DNA from: the human T2T-CHM13v2.0 reference genome, Homo sapiens
NCBI RefSeq assembly: GCF_009914755.1
Contig: NC_060933.1
Reading direction: 5' to 3' (one strand)
DNA length: 64,000 bases
The translations under genes were made by a program, and so were the position numbers. Within the stretch, counting starts at the first letter, position 1. The number at the start of each line of letters is the position of its first letter. Under the pieces are notes generated by a model. That model ran no database searches and had not been told where the DNA came from. It saw only the letters and a list, made by a program, of their open reading frames with translations. Positions 1 to 14,500 of this stretch are shown here, one piece after another.

Positions 1-113
1 TCCATTCTATTCGGTTTAATTCCATTCCATTCCATTCCATTCCATTCCATTCGATTCCATTCCATTGCAATCGAGTTGAATCCATTGCATTCCATTCCAT
101 TCCATTCCATTCC

Positions 114-128
114 ATTCCGGAAGATTCC
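114..128. promoter_or_regulatory. Perfect three-unit heat-shock element match aTTCc-gGAAg-aTTCc (first of ~40 copies)
   Basis: Seen: attccggaagattcc. Established: the HSF1 trimer consensus is alternating nTTCn-nGAAn-nTTCn. Function at this copy is inferred only. Confidence 0.55.
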
Positions 129-980
129 ATTCCATTGCATTCCATTCCATTCCATTCCATTCCATTCCATTCCATTCCATTCCGTTCCATTCCGTTGCAT
201 TCCATTCCATTACATTCGGATTGATTCTATTCAACTCCCTTACTCTCCATTACATTCCATTCCATTTGGGTTGTTCCATTCCATTCCATTCCATTCCACT
301 CCATTCCATTGCACTCGGGTTGATTCCATTCCATTCCATTCCATTACATTCCATTCCGGATGATTCCATTCCATTGCATTCCGTTCCATTACATTCCCCT
401 GCACTCTCGTTGATTCCATTCCATTCCATTCAATTCCATTCAATTCCATTCCATTACAATTCGTTCCATTCCATTCTATTCCGTACCATTCCATTCCATT
501 CCATACCATTCCATTCCATTCCATTCCATTCCATTCCGTTCCATTCCGTTCCATTCCATTCCATTCCATTCTATTCGGGTTAATTCCATTCCATTCCATT
601 CCATTCCATTCTATTCCATTCCATTGCAATCGAGTTGAATCCATTGCATTTCATTCCATTCCATTCCATTCCATTCCATTCCGGAAGATTCCATTCCATT
701 GCATTCCATTCCATTCCATTCCCCTGCACTCGCGTTGATTCCATTCCATTCCATTCCATTCCATTCCATTCCATCCATTCCGTTCCGTTCCGTTCCATTC
801 CATTCCATTCCATTCCATTCCATTCCGTTCCGTTCCATTCCATTCCATTCCATTCTATTCGTGTTAATTCCATTCCATTCCATTCGATTGCAATCGAGTT
901 GATTCCATTCCATTCCATTCCATTCCATTCCATTCCTTTCCATTCCATTACGGATGATTCCATTCCATTGCATTCCATTC

Positions 981-1138
981 CATTCCATTCCCCTGTACTC
1001 GGGTTGATTCCATTCCATTCCATTCCCATCCATGCCATTCCACTCGTGTTGATTCCATTCTTTCCATTCCATTCAAGTTGAATCCATTCCATTGCATGCC
1101 ATTCCTTTCGATTCCATTCGATTGCACTCGGGTTGATT
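981..1138 (+). repeat. ~158-bp module resembling the chr9 Sat III (pHuR98-type) unit; about 20 copies in the window
   Basis: Seen: cccctgtactcgggttg..c(a/c)atccatgcc..ctcgtgttg..ctttcc..caagttgaatcc..cgattgcactcgggttgatt, recurring at ~3546, 10820, 12598, 15685, 22155, 23847, 26393, 27220, 28158, 30730, 31583, 34254, 35467, 37158, 38412, 42546, 43295, 47184, 60185 and 62761. The pHuR98/chr9 link is from memory of commonly used Sat III primer sequences and is not verified. Confidence 0.6.
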
Positions 1139-4100
1139 CCATTCCATTGCATTCCATTCCATTCCATTCCATTCCATTCCATTCCGTTCCATTCCATTCC
1201 ATTGCATTCGGATTGATTCTATTCAATTCCCTTCCACTCCATTACATTCCATTCCATTCGGGTAGTTTCCATTCCATTCCATTCCATTCCTCTCCATTCC
1301 ATTGCACTCGGATTGATTCCATTCCATTGCATTCCATTCCGTTGCATTGAATTCCATTCAGTTCCATTCCATTCCATTACATTCGGATTGATTCTATTCA
1401 ACTCCCTTACTCTCCATTACATTCCATTCCATTCGGGTTGTTCCATTCCATTCCATTCCATTCCACTCCATTCCATTGCACTCGGGTTGATTCCATTCCA
1501 TTCCATTCCATTCCATTCCATTCCATTCCATTCCGGAAGATTTCATTCAATTGCATTCCATTCCATTCCATTCCCCTGCACTCGCGTTTATTCCATTCCA
1601 TTCCATTCCGTTCCATTCCATTCCATTCCATTCCGTTCCATTCCATTCCATTCCATTCCATTCCATACCAATCCATTCCATTCCGTTCCGTTCCGTTCCA
1701 TTCCATTCCATTCCATTCTATTCGGGTTAATTCCATTCCATTCCATTCGATTGCAATCGAGTTGATTCCATTCCATTCTATTCCATTCCATTCCATTCCT
1801 TTCCATTCCATTACGGATGATTCCATTCCATTGCATTCCATTCCATTCCATTCCCCTGTACTCGGGTTGATTCCATTCCATTCCATTCCAATCCATGCCA
1901 TTCCACTCGTTTTGATTCCATTCTTTCCATTCCATTCAAGTTGAATCCATTCCATTGCATTCCATTCCATTCCATTACCCTGCAGTCGGGTTGATTCCAT
2001 TCCATTCCATTCCATTCCATTCCATTCCATTCCATTCCGTTCCGTTCCATTCCATTACATTCCATTCTATTCGGGTTAATTCCATTCCATTCCATTCCAT
2101 TCCATTCCAATCGAGTTGATTCCATTCCATTCCATTCCATTCCATTCCACTCCATTCCAGTCCTTTCCATTCCATTCCACTCGGGTTGATTCCAATGTAT
2201 TCCTTTCCATTCCATTCCATTCCATTGCAATCGAGTTGATTCCATTGGTTTGCATTCCATTCCATTCCATTCCATTCCGGATGATTCCATTCCATTGCAT
2301 TCCATTCCATTCCATTCCCCTACACTCGGGTTGATTCCATTCCATTCCACTCCATTCCGTTGCATTCCATTCCATTCCATTGTATTCAGGTTAATTCCAT
2401 TCCATTCCATTCCATTCCATTCCATTCCATTACAATCGAGTTGATTCCATCCCATTCCATTCCATTCCAGTCCTTTCCATTCCATTCCACTCGGGTTGAT
2501 TCCATTCTATTAGTTTCCATTCCATTCCATTCCCTTCCATTCCACTCTGGTTGATACCATTCCTTTCCATTCCACTCGAATACATTCCCTCCTATTCCAC
2601 TCGGAACGATTCCATTCCATTCCATTCCATTCCATTCCATTCCATTCCATTCCATTCCATTTCGTTCCATTCCATTCTATTCCGTATCATTCCATTCCAT
2701 TCCATTCCATTGTACTCGGGTTGATTCCATTCCATTGCATTCCATTCCATTCCATTCCGTTGCATTCCATTGCATTACATTCGGATTGATTCTATTCAAC
2801 TCCCTTACTTTCCATTACATTCCACTCCATTCGGGTTGTTCCATTCCATTCCATTCCATTCCACTCCATTCCATTGCACTGGGGGTGACTCCATTCCATT
2901 CCATTCCATTCCATTCCGGATGATTCCATTCCATTGCATTCCATTCCATTACATTCCCCTGCACTCGCGTTGATTCCATTCCATTCCATTCCATTCCATT
3001 CAATTCGATTCCATTACAATTCGTTCCATTCCATTCTATTCCGTACCATTCCATTCCATTCCATACCATTCCATTCCATTCCATTCCATTCCGTTCCATT
3101 CCGTTCCATTCCATTCCATTCCATTCTATTCGGATTAATTCCATTCCATTCCATTCCGTTCTATTCCATTCCATTGCAATCGAGTTGAATACATTGCATT
3201 TCATTCCATTCCATTCCATTCCATTCCATTCCGTAAGATTCCATTCCATTGCATTCCATTCCATTCCATTCCCCTGCACTCGCGTTGATTCCATTCCATT
3301 CCATTCCATTCCATTCCATTCCATTCCGTTCCATTCCATTCCATTCCATTCCATTCCATTCCGTTCCTTTCCATTCCATTCCATTCCATTCTATTCGGGT
3401 TAATTCCATTCCATTCCATTCGATTGCAATCGAGTTGATTCCATTCCATTCCATTCCATTCCATTCCATTCCATTCCATTCCATTCCATTCCTTTCCATT
3501 CCATTACGGATGATTCCATTCCATTGCATTCCATTCCATTCCATTCCCCTGTACTCGGGTTGATTCCATTCCATTCCATTCCAATCCATGCCATTCCACT
3601 CGTGTTGATTCCATTCTTTCCATTCCATTCAAGTTGAATCCATTCCATTGCATTCCATTCCATTCGATTCCATTCGATTGCACTCGGGTTGATTCCATTC
3701 CATTGCATTCCATTCCATTCCATTCCATTCCATTCCATTCCATTCCATTCCGTTCCATTCCATTCCATTACATTCGGATTGATTCTATTCAATTCCCTTA
3801 CACTCCATTACATTCCATTCCATTCGGGTAGTTTCCATTCCATTCCATTCCATTCCTCTCCATTCCATTGCACTCGGGTTGATTCCATTCCATTGCATTC
3901 CATTCCATGCCATTCAATTCCATTCCGTTCCATTCCATTCCATTACATTCGGATTGATTCTATTCAACTCCCTTACTCTCCATTACATTCCATTCTATTC
4001 GGGTTGTTCCATTCCATTCCATTCCATTCCACTCCATTCCATTGTACTCGGATTGATTCCATTGCATTCCATTCCATTCCATTCCATTCCGGAGGATTCC

Positions 4101-7100
4101 ATTTCATTGCATTCCATTCCATTCCATTCCCCTGCACTCGCGTTGATTCCATTCCATTCCATTCTATTCCATTCCATTCCCTTCCTTTCCGTTCCATTCC
4201 ATTCCATTCCATTCCATTCCATTCCATTCCATTCCATTCCTTTCCATTCCATTCCATTCCATTCCATTCCGTTCTATTCGGGTTAATTCCATTCCATTCC
4301 ATTCGATTGCAATCGTGTTGATTCCATTCCATTGCATTCCATTCCATTCCATTCCATTCCATTCCATTCCATTCCATTCCCTTCCATTCCACTCTGGTTG
4401 ATTCCATTCCTTTCCATTCCATTCGAATACATTCCCTCCTGTTCCACTCGGAACGATTCCATTCCATTCCATTCCATTCCATTCCATTCCATTCCATTCC
4501 ATTCCATTCCATTCCATTGTACTCGGGTTGATTCCATTCCATTGCATTCCATTCCATTCCATTCCATTCCATTCCGTTGCATTCCATTCCATTACATTCG
4601 GATTGATTCTATTCAACTCCCTTACTCTCCATTACATTCCATTCCATTCGGGTTGTTCCATTCCATTCCATTCCATTCCACTCCATTCCATTGCACTCGG
4701 GTTGATTCCATTCCATTCCATTCCATTCCATTCCATTCCATTCCATTCCATTCCATTCCATTCCGGATGATTCCATTCCATTGCATTCCGTTCCATTACA
4801 TTCCCCTGCACTCGTGTTGATTCCATTCCATTCCATTCCATTCCATTCAATTCCATTCCATTACAATTCGTTCCATTCCATTCTATTCCGTACCATTCCA
4901 TTCCATTCCATACCATTCCATTCCATTCCATTCCATTCCATTCCGTTCCATTCCGTTCCATTCCATTCCATTCCATTCTATTCGGATTAATTCCATTCCA
5001 TTCCATTCCATTCCATTCCATTCTATTCCATTCCATTGCAATCGAGTTGAATCCGTTGCATTTCATTCCATTCCATTCCATTTCTTTCCATTTCGGAAGT
5101 TTCCATCCCATTGCATTCCATTCCATTCCATTCCATTCCCCTGCACTCGCGTTGATTCCATTCCATTCCATTCCATTCCATTCCATTCCATTCCATTCCG
5201 TTCCGTTCCATTCCATTCCATTACATTCCATTCCATTCCGTTCCGTTCCATTCCATTCCATTCCATTCTATTCGGGTTAATTCCATTCCATTCCATTCGA
5301 TTGCAATCGAGTTGATTCCATTCCATTCCATTCCATTCCATTCCATTACTTTCCATTCCATTACGGATTATTCCATTCCATTGCATTCCATTCCATTCCA
5401 TTCCCCTGTACTCGGGTTGATTCCATTCCATTCCATTCCAATCCATGCCATTCCATTCCATTCCATTCCTTTCCATTCCGTTCCATTCCATTCCATTACA
5501 TTCGGATTGATTCTATTCAATTCCCTTACACTCCATTACATTCCATTCCATTCGGGTAGTTTCCATTCCATTCCATTCCATTCCTCTCCATTCCATTGCA
5601 CTCGGGTTGATTCCATTCCATTGCATTCCATTCCATTCCATTCAATCCCATTCCGTTCCATTCCATTCAATTCCATTCCGTTCCATTCCATTCCATTACA
5701 TTCGGATTGATTCTATTCAACTCCCTTACTCTCCATTACATTCCATTCCATTCGGGTTGTTCCATTCCATTCCATTCCATTCCACTCCATTCCATTGCAC
5801 TCGGGTTTATTCCATTCCATTCCATTCCATTGCATTCCATTCCATTCCATTCCGGAAGATTCCATTCCATTGCATTCCATTCCATTCCATTCCCCTGCAC
5901 TCGCGTTGATTCCATTCCATTCCATTCCATTCCATTCCATTCCATTCCTTTCCGTTCCATTCCATTCCATTCCATTCCATTCCATTCCAATCCATTCCTT
6001 TCCGTTCCGTTCCGTTCCATTCCATTCCATTCCATTCCATTCGGGTTAATTCCATTCCATTCCATTCCATTCCATTCCAATCGAGTTGATTCCATTCCAT
6101 TCCATTCCATTCCATTCCACTCCATTCCGGATGATTCCATTCCATTGCATTCCATTCCATTCCATTCCCCTGCACTCGGGTTGATTCCATTCCATTCCAC
6201 TCCATTCCGTTCCATTCCATTCCATTCCATTGTATTCGGGTTAATTCCATTCCATTCCATTCCATTCCATTCCATTCCATTACAATCGAGTTGATTCCAT
6301 TCCATTCCATTCCATTCCAGTCCTTTCCATTCCATTCCACTCGGGTTGATTCCATTCTATTAGTTTCCATTCCATTCCATTCCCTTCCATTCCACTCTGG
6401 TTGATACCATTCCTTTCCATTCCACTCGAATACATTCCCTGCTATTCCACTCGGAACGATTCCATTCCATTCCATTCCATTCCATTCCATTCCATTACAT
6501 TACATTCCAATCGAGTTGATTCCATTCCATTCCATTCCATTCCATTCCACTCCATTCCAGTCCTTTCCATTCCATTCCACTCGGGTTGATTCCAATATAT
6601 TCCTTTCCAATCCATTCCATTCCATTGCAATCGAGTTGATTCCATTGCTTTGCATTCCATTCCATTCCATTGCATTCCGGATGATTCCATTCCATTGCAT
6701 TCCGTTCCATTCCATTCCCCTGCACTCGGGTTGATTCCATTCCATTCCACTCCATTCCGTTCCATTCCATTCCATCGCATTGTATTTGGGTTAATTCCAT
6801 TCCATTCCATTCCATTCCATTCCATTCCATTCCATTACAATCGAGTTGATTCCATTCCATTCCATTCCGTTCCAGTCCTTTCCATTCCAATCCTCTCGGG
6901 TTGATTCCATTCTATTAGTTTCCATTCCATTCCATTCCCTCCAATTCCACTCAGGTTGTTTCCATTCCTTTCCATTCCACTCGAATACATTCCCTCCTAT
7001 TCCACTCGGAACGATTCCATTCCATTCCATTCCATTCCGTTCCATTCCATTCCATTTCGTTCCATTCTATTCTATTCCGTATCATTCCATTCCATTCCAT

Positions 7101-10100
7101 TCCATTCCATTCCATTCCATTCCATTGTACTCGGGTTGATTCAATTCCAATGCATTCCATTCCATTCCATTCCATTCCATTCCGTTGCATTCCATTCCAT
7201 TACATTCGGATTGATTCTATTCAACTCCCTTACTCTCCATTACATTCCATTCCATTCGGGTTGTTCCATTCCATTCCATTCCATTCCACTCCATTCCATT
7301 GCACTCGGGTTGATTCCATTCCATTCCATTCCATTCCATTCCATTCCGGATGATTCCATTCCATTGCATTCCGTTCCATTACATTCCCCTGCACTCGCGT
7401 TGATTCCATTCCATTCCATTCCTTTCCATTCAATTCCATTCCATTACAATTCGTTCCATTCCATTCTATTCCGTACCATTCCATTCCATTCCATACCATT
7501 CCATTCCATTCCGTTCCGTTCCATTCCGTTCCATTCCATTCCATTCCATTCTATTCGAATTAATTCCATTCCATTCCATTCCATTCCATTCTATTCCATT
7601 CCATTGCAATCGAGTTGAATCCATTGCATTTCATTCCATTCCATTCCATTCTGGAAGATTCCATTCCATTGCATTCCATTCCATTCCATTCCCCTGCACT
7701 CGCGTTGATTCCATTCCATTCCATTCCATTCCATTCCATTCCGTTCCGTTCCATTCCATTCCATTCCATTCCATTCCATTCCATTCCGTTCTGTTCCATT
7801 CCATTCCATTCCATTCTATTCGGGTTAATTCCATTCCATTCCATTCGATTACAATCGAGTTGATTCCATTCCATTCCATTCCATTCCTTTCCATTCCATT
7901 CCATTCCATTCCATTCCATTCCTTTCCATTCCATTACGGATGATTCCATTCCATTGCATTCCATTCCATTCCATTCCCCTGTACTCGGGTTGATTCCATT
8001 CCATTCCATTCGAATCCATGCCATTCCACTCGTGTTGATTCCATTCTTTCCATTCCATTCAAGTTGAATCCATTCCATTGCATTCCATTCCATTCCATTC
8101 CCCTGCAGTCGGGTTGATTCCATTCCATTCCATTCCATTCCATTCCATTCCGTTCCATTCCATTCCATTCCATTCCATTCGGGTTAATTCCATTCCATTC
8201 CATTCCATTCCAATCGAGTTGATTCCATTCCATTCCATTCCATTCCATTCCACTCCATTCCGGATGATTCCATTCCATTGCATTCCATTCCATTCCATTC
8301 CCCTGAACTCGGGTTGATTCCATTCCATTCCACTCCATTCCGTTGCATTCCATTCCATTCCATTGTATTCGGGTTAATTCCATTCCATTCCATTCCATTC
8401 CATTCCATTCCATTACAATCGAGTTGATTCCATTCCATTCCATTCCATTCCAGTCCTTTCCATTCCATTCCACTCGGGTTGATTCCATTCTATTAGTTTC
8501 CATTCCATTCCATTCCCTTCCATTCCACTCTGGTTGATACCATTCCTTTCCATTCCACTCGAATACATTCCCTCCTATTCCACTCGGAACGATTCCATTC
8601 CATTCCATTCCATTCCATTCCATTCCATTCCATTCCATTCCATTACATTCCAATCGAGTTGATTCCATTCCATTCCATTCCATTCCATTCCACTCCATTC
8701 CAGTCCTTTCCATTCTATTCCACTCGGGTTGATTCCAATATATTCCTTTCCATTCCATTCCATTCCATTGCAATCGAGTTGATTCCATTGCTTTGCGTTC
8801 CATTCCATTCCATTCCATTCCGGATGATTCCATTCCATTGCATTCCGTTCCATTCCATTCCCCTGCACTCGGGTTGATTCCATTCCATTCCGCTCCATTC
8901 CGTTCCATTCCATTCCATTGCATTGTATTTGGTTTAATTCCATTCCATTCCATTCCATTCCATTCCATTCCATTCCATTCCATTACAATCGAGTTGATTC
9001 CATTCCATTCCATTCCGTTCCAGTCCTTTCCATTCCATTCCTCTCGGGTTGATTCCATTCTATTAGTTTCCATTCCATTCCATTCCCTTCAATTCCACTC
9101 AGGTTTTTTCCATTCCTTTCCATTCCACTCGAATACATTCCCTCCTATTCCACTCGGAACGATTCCATTCCATTCCATTCCATTCCATTCCATTCCATTC
9201 CATTTCGTTCCATTCCATTCTATTCCGTATCATTCCATTCCATTCCATTCCATTCCATTCCATTCCATTCCATTCCATTCCAATCCATGCCATTCCACTC
9301 GTGTTGATTCCATTCTTTCCATTCCATTCAAGATGAATCCATTCCATTGCATTCCATTCCATTCCATTCCATTCAATTCCATTCCATTCCATTCGGTTCC
9401 ATTCCATTACATTCGGATTGATTCTTTTCAACTCCCTTACTCTCCATTACATTCCATTCCATTCGGATTGTTCCATTCCATTCCATTCCATTCCACTCCA
9501 TTCCATTGCACTCGGGTTGATTCCATTCCATTCCATTGCATTCCATTCCATTCCATTCCTTTCCATTCCAGTCCTTTCCATTCCATTCCACTCGGGTTGA
9601 TTCCATTCTATTAGTTTCCATTCCATTCCATTCCCTTCCATTCCACTCTGGTTGATTCCATTCCTTTCCATTCCACTCGAATACATTCCCTCCTATTCCA
9701 CTCGGAACGATTCCATTCCATTCCATTCCATTCCATTCCATTCCATTCCATTCCATTCCATTTCGTTCCATTCCATTCTATTCCGTATCATTCCATTCCA
9801 TTCCATTCCATTCCATTCCATTCCATTCCATTCCACTCGTGTTGATTTCATTCCTTTCCATTCCATTCGGTTTGAAGGCATTCCATTCCATTCCATTCCA
9901 TTCCATTCCATTCCATTCCATTCCATTCCATTCCATTGTACTCGGGTTGATTCCATTCCATTGCATTCCATTCCATTCCATTGCATTCCATTCCGTTGCA
10001 TTCCATTCCATTACATTCGGATTGATTCTATTCAACTCCCTTACTCTCCATTACATTCCATTCCATTCGTGTTGTTCCATTCCATTCCATTCCATTCCAC

Positions 10101-11534
10101 TCCATTCCATTGCACTCGGATAGATTCCATTCCATTCCATTCCATTCCATTCCATTCCATTCCATTCCGGATGATTCCATTGCATTGCATTCCGTTCCAT
10201 TACATTCCCCTGCACTCGCGTTGATTCCATTCCATTCCATTCCATTCCATTCAATTCCATTCCATTACAATTCGTTCCATTCCATTCTATTCCGTACCAT
10301 TCCATTCCATTCCATACAATTCCATTCCATTCCATTCCATTCCATTCCATTCCATTCCGTTCCATTCCGTTCCATTCCATTCCATTCCATTCTATTCGGG
10401 TTAATTCCATTCCATTCCATTCCATTCCATTCCACTCTATTCCATTCCATTGCAATCGAGTTGAATCTAGTGCATTTCATTCCATTCCATTCCATTCCAT
10501 TCCGGAAGATTCCATTCCATTGCATTCCATTCCATTCCATTCCCCTGCACTCGCGTTGATTCCATTCCATTCCATTCCATTCCATTCCATTCCATTCCAT
10601 TCCGTTCCGTTCCGTTCCATTCTATTCAATTCCATTCCATTCCTTCCGTTCCGTTCCATTCCATTCCATTCCATTCTATTCGGGTTAATTCCATTCCATT
10701 CCATTCGATTGCAATCGAGTTGATTCCATTCCATTCCATTCCATTCCATTCCGTTCCATTCCATTCCTTTCCATTCCATTACGGATGATTCCATTCCATT
10801 GCATTCCATTCCATTCCATTCCCCTGTACTCGGGTTGATTCCATTCCATTCCATTCCAATCCATGCCATTCCACTCGTGTTGATTCCATTCTTTCCATTC
10901 CATTCAAGTTGAATCCATTCCATTGCATTCCATTGCTTTCGATTCCATTCGATTGCACTCGGGTTGATTCCATTCCATTGCATTCCACTCCATTCCATTC
11001 CATTCCATTCCATTCCGTTCCATTCCATTTCATTACATTCAGATTGATTCTATTCAATTCCCTTACACTCCATTATATTCCAATCCATTCTGGTTGTTTC
11101 CATTCCATTCCATTCCATTTCACTCCATTCCATTGCACTCGGGTTGATTCCATTCCATTCCATTCCATTGCATTCCATTCCATTCCATTCCAGATGATTC
11201 CATTCCATTGCATTCCTTTCCATTCCATTCCCCTGCACTCGGGTTGATTCCATTCCATTCCATTCCATTAGATTCCGTTCCATTCCATTCCATTCCATTC
11301 GGATTGATTCTATTCAATTCCCTTACACTCCATTACATTCCATTCCATTTGGGTAGTTTCCATTCCATTCCATTCCATTCCTCTCCATTCCATTGCACTC
11401 GGGTTGATTCCATTCCATTCCATTCCATTCCATTCCATTACGTTACATTACATTCCGTTCCATTGTACTCGGGTTGATTCCATTCCATTGCATTCCATTC
11501 CATTCCATTCCATTCCATTCCATTCCATTCCATT

Positions 11535-14500
11535 CTATTCGGTTTAATTCCATTCCATTCCATTCCATTCCATTCCATTCGATTCCATTCCATTGCAATC
11601 GAGTTGAATCCATTGCATTCCATTCCATTCCATTCCATTCCATTCCAGAAGATTCCATTCCATTGCATTCCATTCCATTCCATTCCATTCCATTCCATTC
11701 AATTCCATTCCATTCCATTGTACTCGGGTTGATTCCATTCCATTGCATTCCATTCCATTCCATTCCATTCCATTCCGTTCCATTCCGTTGCATTCCATTC
11801 CATTACATTCGGATTGATTCTATTCAACTCCCTTACTCTCCATTACATTCCATTCCTTTTGGGTTGTTCCATTCCATTCCATTCCATTCCACTCCATTCC
11901 ATTGCACTCGGGTTGATTCCATTCCATTCCATTCCATTCCATTCCATTCCGGATGATTCCATTCCATTGCATTCCGTTCCATTACATTCCCGTGCACTCT
12001 CGTTGATTCCATTCCATTCCATTCAATTCCACTCAATTCCATTCCATTACAATTCGTTCCATTCCATTCTATTCCGTACCATTCCATTCCATTCCATACC
12101 ATTCCATTCCATTCCATTCCATTCCATTCCATTCCATTCCGTTCCATTCCGTTCCATTCCATTCCATTCCATTCTATTCGGGTTAATTCCATTCCATTCC
12201 ATTCCATTCCATTCCATTCTATTCCATTCCATTGCAATCGAGTTGAATCCATTGCATTTCATTCCATTCCATTCCATTCCATTCCATTCCGGAAGATTCC
12301 ATTCCATTGCATTCCATTCCATTCCATTCCCCTGCACTCGCGTTGATTCCATTCCATTCCATTCCATTCCATTCCATCCATTCCGTTCCGTTCCGTTCCA
12401 TTCCATTCCATTCCATTCCATTCCATTCCGTTCCGTTCCATTCCATTCCATTCCATTCTATTCGGGTTAATTCCATTCCATTCCATTCGATTGCAATCGA
12501 GTTGATTCCATTCCATTCCATTCCATTCCATTCCATTCCATTCCTTTCCATTCCATTACGGATGATTCCATTCCATTGCATTCCATTCCATTCCATTCCC
12601 CTGTACTCGGGTTGATTCCATTCCATTCCATTCCCATCCATGCCATTCCACTCGTGTTGATTCCATTCTTTCCATTCCATTCAAGTTGAATCCATTCCAT
12701 TGCATGCCATTCCATTTGATTCCATTCGATTGCACTCGGGTTGATTCCATTCCATTGCATTCCATTCCATTCCATTCCATTCCATTCCATTCCGTTCCAT
12801 TCCATTCCATTCCATTCGGATTGATTCTATTCAATTCCCTTACACTCCATTACATTCCATTCCATTCGGGTAGTTTCCATTCCATTCCATTCCATTCCTC
12901 TCCATTCCATTGCACTCGCGTTGATTCCATACCATTGCATTCCATTCCATTCCATTCAATTCCATTCCTTTCCATTCCATTCCATTACATTCGTATTGAT
13001 TCTATTCAACTCCCTTACTCTCCATTACATTCCATTCCATTCGGGTAGTTTCCATTCCATTCCATTCCATTCCACTCCATTCCATTGCACTCGGGTTTAT
13101 TCCATTCCATTCCATTCCATTCCATTCCGGAAGATTCCATTCCATTGCATTCCATTCCATTCCATTCCCCTGCACTCGCGTTGATTCCATTCCATTCCAT
13201 TCCACTCCATTCCATTCCATTGCATTCCGTTCCATTCCATTCCATTCCATTCCATACCAATCCATTCCATTCCGTTCCGTTCCGTTCCATTCCATTCCAT
13301 TCCATTCTATTCGGGTTAATTCCATTCCATTCCATTCGATTGCAATCGAGTTGATTCCATTCCATTCTATTCCATTCCATTCCATTCCTTTCCATTCCAT
13401 TAAGGATGATTCCATTCCATTGCATTCCATTCCATTCCATTCCCCTGTACTCGGGTTCATTCCATTCCATTCCATTCCAATCCATGCCATTCCACTCGTG
13501 TTGATTCCATTCTTTCCATTCCATTCAAGTTGAATCCATTCCATTGCATTCCATTCCATTCCATTACCCTGCAGTCGGGTTGATTCCATTCCATTCCATT
13601 CCATTCCATTCCATTCCATTCCATTCCGTTCCGTTCCGTTCCATTCCATTACATTCCATTCTATTCGGGTTAATTCCATTCCATTCCATTCCATTCCAAT
13701 CGAGTTGATTCCATTCCATTCCATTCCATTCCATTCCACTCCATTCCAGTCCTTTCCATTCCATTCCACTCGGGTTGATTCCAATGTATTCCTTTCCATT
13801 CCATTCCATTCCTATGCAATCGAGTTGATTCCATTGGTTTGCATTCCATTCCATTCCATTCCATTCCGTATGATTCCATTCCATTGCATTCCATTCCATT
13901 CCATTCCCCTACACTCGGGTTGATTCCATTCCATTCCACTCCATTCCGTTGCATTCCATTCCATTCCATTGTATTCGGGTTAATTCCATTCCATTCCATT
14001 CCATTCCATTCCATTCGATTACAATCGAGTTGATTCCATCCCATTCCATTCCATTCCAATCCTTTCCATTCCATTCCACTCGGGTTGATTCCATTCTATT
14101 AGTTTCCATTCCATTCCATTCCCTTCCATTCCACTCTGGTTGATACCATTCCTTTCCATTCCACTCGAATACATTCCCTCCTATTCCACTCGGAACGATT
14201 CCATTCCATTCCATTCCATTCCATTCCATTCCATTCCATTCCATTCCATTCCATTCCATTTCGTTCCATTCCATTCTATTCCGTATCATTCCATTCCATT
14301 CCATTCCATTCCATTGTACTCGGGTTGATTCCATTCCATTGCATTCCATTCCATTCCATTCCATTCCATTCCGTTGCATTCCATTCCATTACATTCGGAT
14401 TGATTCTATTCAACTCCCTTACTCTCCATTACATTCCACTCCATTCGGGTTGTTCCATTCCATTCCATTCCATTCCACTCCATTCCATTGCAGTCGGGGT

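Larger units (their letters stand above)
7..11534 (+). repeat. Irregular ~11.4-kb higher-order repeat, copy 1
   Basis: Marker ctattcggtttaat occurs at 7, 11535 and 22864. ORF-track peptides recur at offsets of ~11.3-11.6 kb (e.g. 948..1226/12556..12834, 7230..7544/18574..18888, 11050..11298/22384..22632). Confidence 0.8.

Noticed and set aside
207-250. DUX4-like site in ggattgattctattcaa or gggttaatt words
   Set aside because: These words do not match TAAYYYAATCA / TGATTRRRTTA and share only partial TGATT or TAAT half-sites.
2597-2613. ccactcggaacgattcc as a second HSE type
   Set aside because: The GAA-to-TTC spacing is 3 nt rather than 2 and there is no in-register upstream TTC, so it is not canonical.
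2876-2892. G-run gggggtgact as a G-quadruplex or telomere-like element
   Set aside because: It is a single isolated G-tract derived by point mutation from ctcgggttgatt. The gggtta words elsewhere are single and are not tandem TTAGGG.
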